DNA of 64,000 bases from Macrostomum hystrix (taxonomy: Eukaryota > Animalia > Platyhelminthes), in assembly GCA_950097015.1 (NCBI GenBank), contig CATNEN010000025.1, positions 496,001 through 560,000 on the forward strand. Reading direction: 5' to 3'. Of the stretch, positions 61,635-64,000 are shown one piece after another. The position numbers and the translations under genes are program-made. The notes under the pieces are model-generated. The model made no database searches and was not told the origin of the DNA. It was given only the letters and a program-made list of their open reading frames with translations. The number at the start of each line of letters is the position of its first letter. The first letter of the stretch is position 1.

Positions 61635-64000
61635 AGAGATGAAGATCCCATATTATGGTTGACGATCCCAGATTAGAGATGTAAATCCCAGATTAGGGTT
61701 GAAGATCCCAGATTAGAGATGAAGATCCCAGATTATGGTTGACGATCCCAGATTATGGTTGACGATCCCAGATTAGAGATGTAAATCCCAGATTAGGGTT
61801 GAAGATCCCAGATTAGAGATGTAAATCCCAGATTAGGGTTGAAGATCCCAGATTAGAGATGTAAATCCCAGATTAGGGTTGAAGATCCCAGATTATGGTT
61901 GAAGATCCCAGATTAGAGATGAAGATCCCAGATTAGAGATGAAGATCCCAGATTAGAGATGAAGATCCCAGATTAGAGATGAAGATCCCAGATTAGAGAT
62001 GAAGATCCCAGATTAGAGATGAAGATCCCAGATTAGAGATGAAGATCCCAGATTAGAGATGAAGATCCCAGATTAGAGATGAAGATCCCAGATTAGAGAT
62101 GAAGATCCCAGATTAGAGATGAAGATCCCAGATTAGAGATGAAGATCCCAGATTAGAGATGAAGATCCCAAATTAGAGATGTAGATCCCAGATTATGGTT
62201 GAAGATCCCATATTAGGGTTGAAGATCCCAGATTAGAGATGAAGATCCCAGATTAGAGATGAAGATCCCAGATTAGAGATGAAGATCCCAGATTAGAGAT
62301 GAAGATCCCAGATTAGAGATGAAGATCCCAGATTAGAGATGAAGATCCCAGATTAGAGATGAAGATCCCAGATTAGAGATGAAGATCCCAGATTAGAGAT
62401 GAAGATCCCAGATTAGAGATGAAGATCCCAGATTAGAGATGAAGATCCCAGATTAGAGATGAAGATCCCAGATTAGAGATGAAGATCCCAGATTAGAGAT
62501 GAAGATCCCAGATTAGAGATGAAGATCCCAGATTAGAGATGAAGATCCCAGATTAGAGATGAAGATCCCAGATTAGAGATGAAGATCCCAGATTAGAGAT
62601 GAAGATCCCAGATTAGAGATGAAGATCCCAGATTAGAGATGAAGATCCCAGATTAGGGTTGAAGATCCCAGATTAGAGATGAAGATCACAGATTAGAGAT
62701 TAAGATCCCAGATTAGAGATGAAGATCCCAGATTAGAGATGAAGATCCTAGATTAGAGATGAAGATCCCAGATTAGAGATGAAGATCCTAGATTAGAGAT
62801 GAAGATCCCAGATTAGAGATGAAGATCCCAAATTAGAGATGTAGATCCCAGATTATGGTTGAAGATCCCATATTAGGGTTGAAGATCCCAGATTAGAGAT
62901 GAAGATCCCAGATTAGAGATGTAAATCCCAGATTATGGTTGAAGATCCCAGATTAGAGATGAAGATCCCAGATTAGAGATGAAGATCCCAGATTAGAGAT
63001 GAAGATCCCAGATTAGAGATGAAGATCCTAGATTACAGATGAAGATCCTAGATTAGAGATGAAGATCCCAGATTAGAGATGAAGATCCTAGATTAGAGAT
63101 GAAGATCCCAGATTAGAGATGAAGATCCTAGATTAGAGATGAAGATCCCAGATTAGAGATGAAGATCCCAGATTAGAGATGAAGATCCCAGATTAGAGAT
63201 GAAGATCCCAGATTAGAGATGAAGATCCCAGATTAGAGATGAAGATCCCAGATTAGAGATGAAGATCCCAGATTAGAGATGAAGATCCCAGATTAGAGAT
63301 GAAGATCCCAGATTAGAGATGAAGATCCCAGATTAGAGATGAAGATCCCAGATTAGAGATGAAGATCCCAGATTAGAGATGAAGATCCCAGATTAGAGAT
63401 GAAGATCCCAGATTAGAGATGAAGATCCCAGATTAGAGATGAAGATCCCAGATTAGAGATGAAGATCCCAGATTAGAGATGGAGATCCCAGATTAGAGAT
63501 GAAGATCCCAGATTAGAGATGAAGATCCCAGATTAGAGATGAAGATCCTAGATTAGAGATGAAGATCCCAGATTAGAGATGAAGATCCTAGATTAGAGAT
63601 GAAGATCCTAGATTAGAGATGAAGATCCCAGATTAGAGATGAAGATCCCAGATTAGAGATGAAGATCCTAGATTAGAGATGAAGATCCCAGATTAGAGAT
63701 GAAGATCCCAGATTAGAGATGAAGATCCTAGATTAGAGATGAAGATCCCAGATTAGAGATGAAGATCCCAGATTAGAGATGAAGATCCTAGATTAGAGAT
63801 GAAGATCCCAGATTATGGTTGAAGATCCCAGATTAGAGATGAAGATCCTAGATTAGAGATGAAGATCCCAGATTAGAGATGAAGATCCTAGATTAGAGAT
63901 GAAGATCCTAGATTAGAGATGAAGATCCCAGATTAGAGATGAAGATCCCAGATTAGAGATGAAGATCCCAGATTAGAGATGAAGATCCCAGATTATGGTT
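61635..64000. repeat. 20-bp minisatellite (GAAGATCCCAGATTAGAGAT) running off the window end
   Basis: More than 115 units. Confidence 0.98.

Noticed and set aside
61635-64000. Telomere or subtelomere because of TTAGGG
   Set aside because: TTAGGG occurs only singly in a minority of variant 20-mers; there is no tandem telomeric tract.

Overview
Eukaryotic (animal) genomic DNA, not prokaryotic. It has GC-rich spliced exons, AT-rich introns, and roughly a third of the window (about 22 kb by my hand tally) in more than 20 different tandem minisatellites of 13-57 bp. This looks like a free-living flatworm such as Macrostomum, but that is inference only. Genes rebuilt by hand from GT-AG junctions that keep the reading frame: the 3' part of a divergent 7TM receptor; an atypical CDK4/6-like kinase (DFN instead of DFG); PRR5/Protor; a CUB-like + C-type lectin + TM protein; a metadherin-like TM/KE-rich protein; a 4-TM protein; an NPY/NPF-type GPCR; an MGNC-start orphan; and SLC12A8, which runs off the window. 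Mobile DNA: at least six copies of one tRNA-derived SINE, a related SINE, and a hAT MITE with an 8-bp TSD that carries its own minisatellite. Most long ORFs in the track are artefacts of repeat periodicity. Best leads: (1) the lectin stop codon is followed in frame by CTA-ATG, 17 codons and a strong splice donor whose phase fits the PRR5 exon (readthrough fusion or dicistronic transcript?); (2) minisatellites that start at splice donors and fill introns; (3) the satellite-carrying MITE. No CRISPR or other prokaryote-type system is supported. All calls are by eye; no database search was run.
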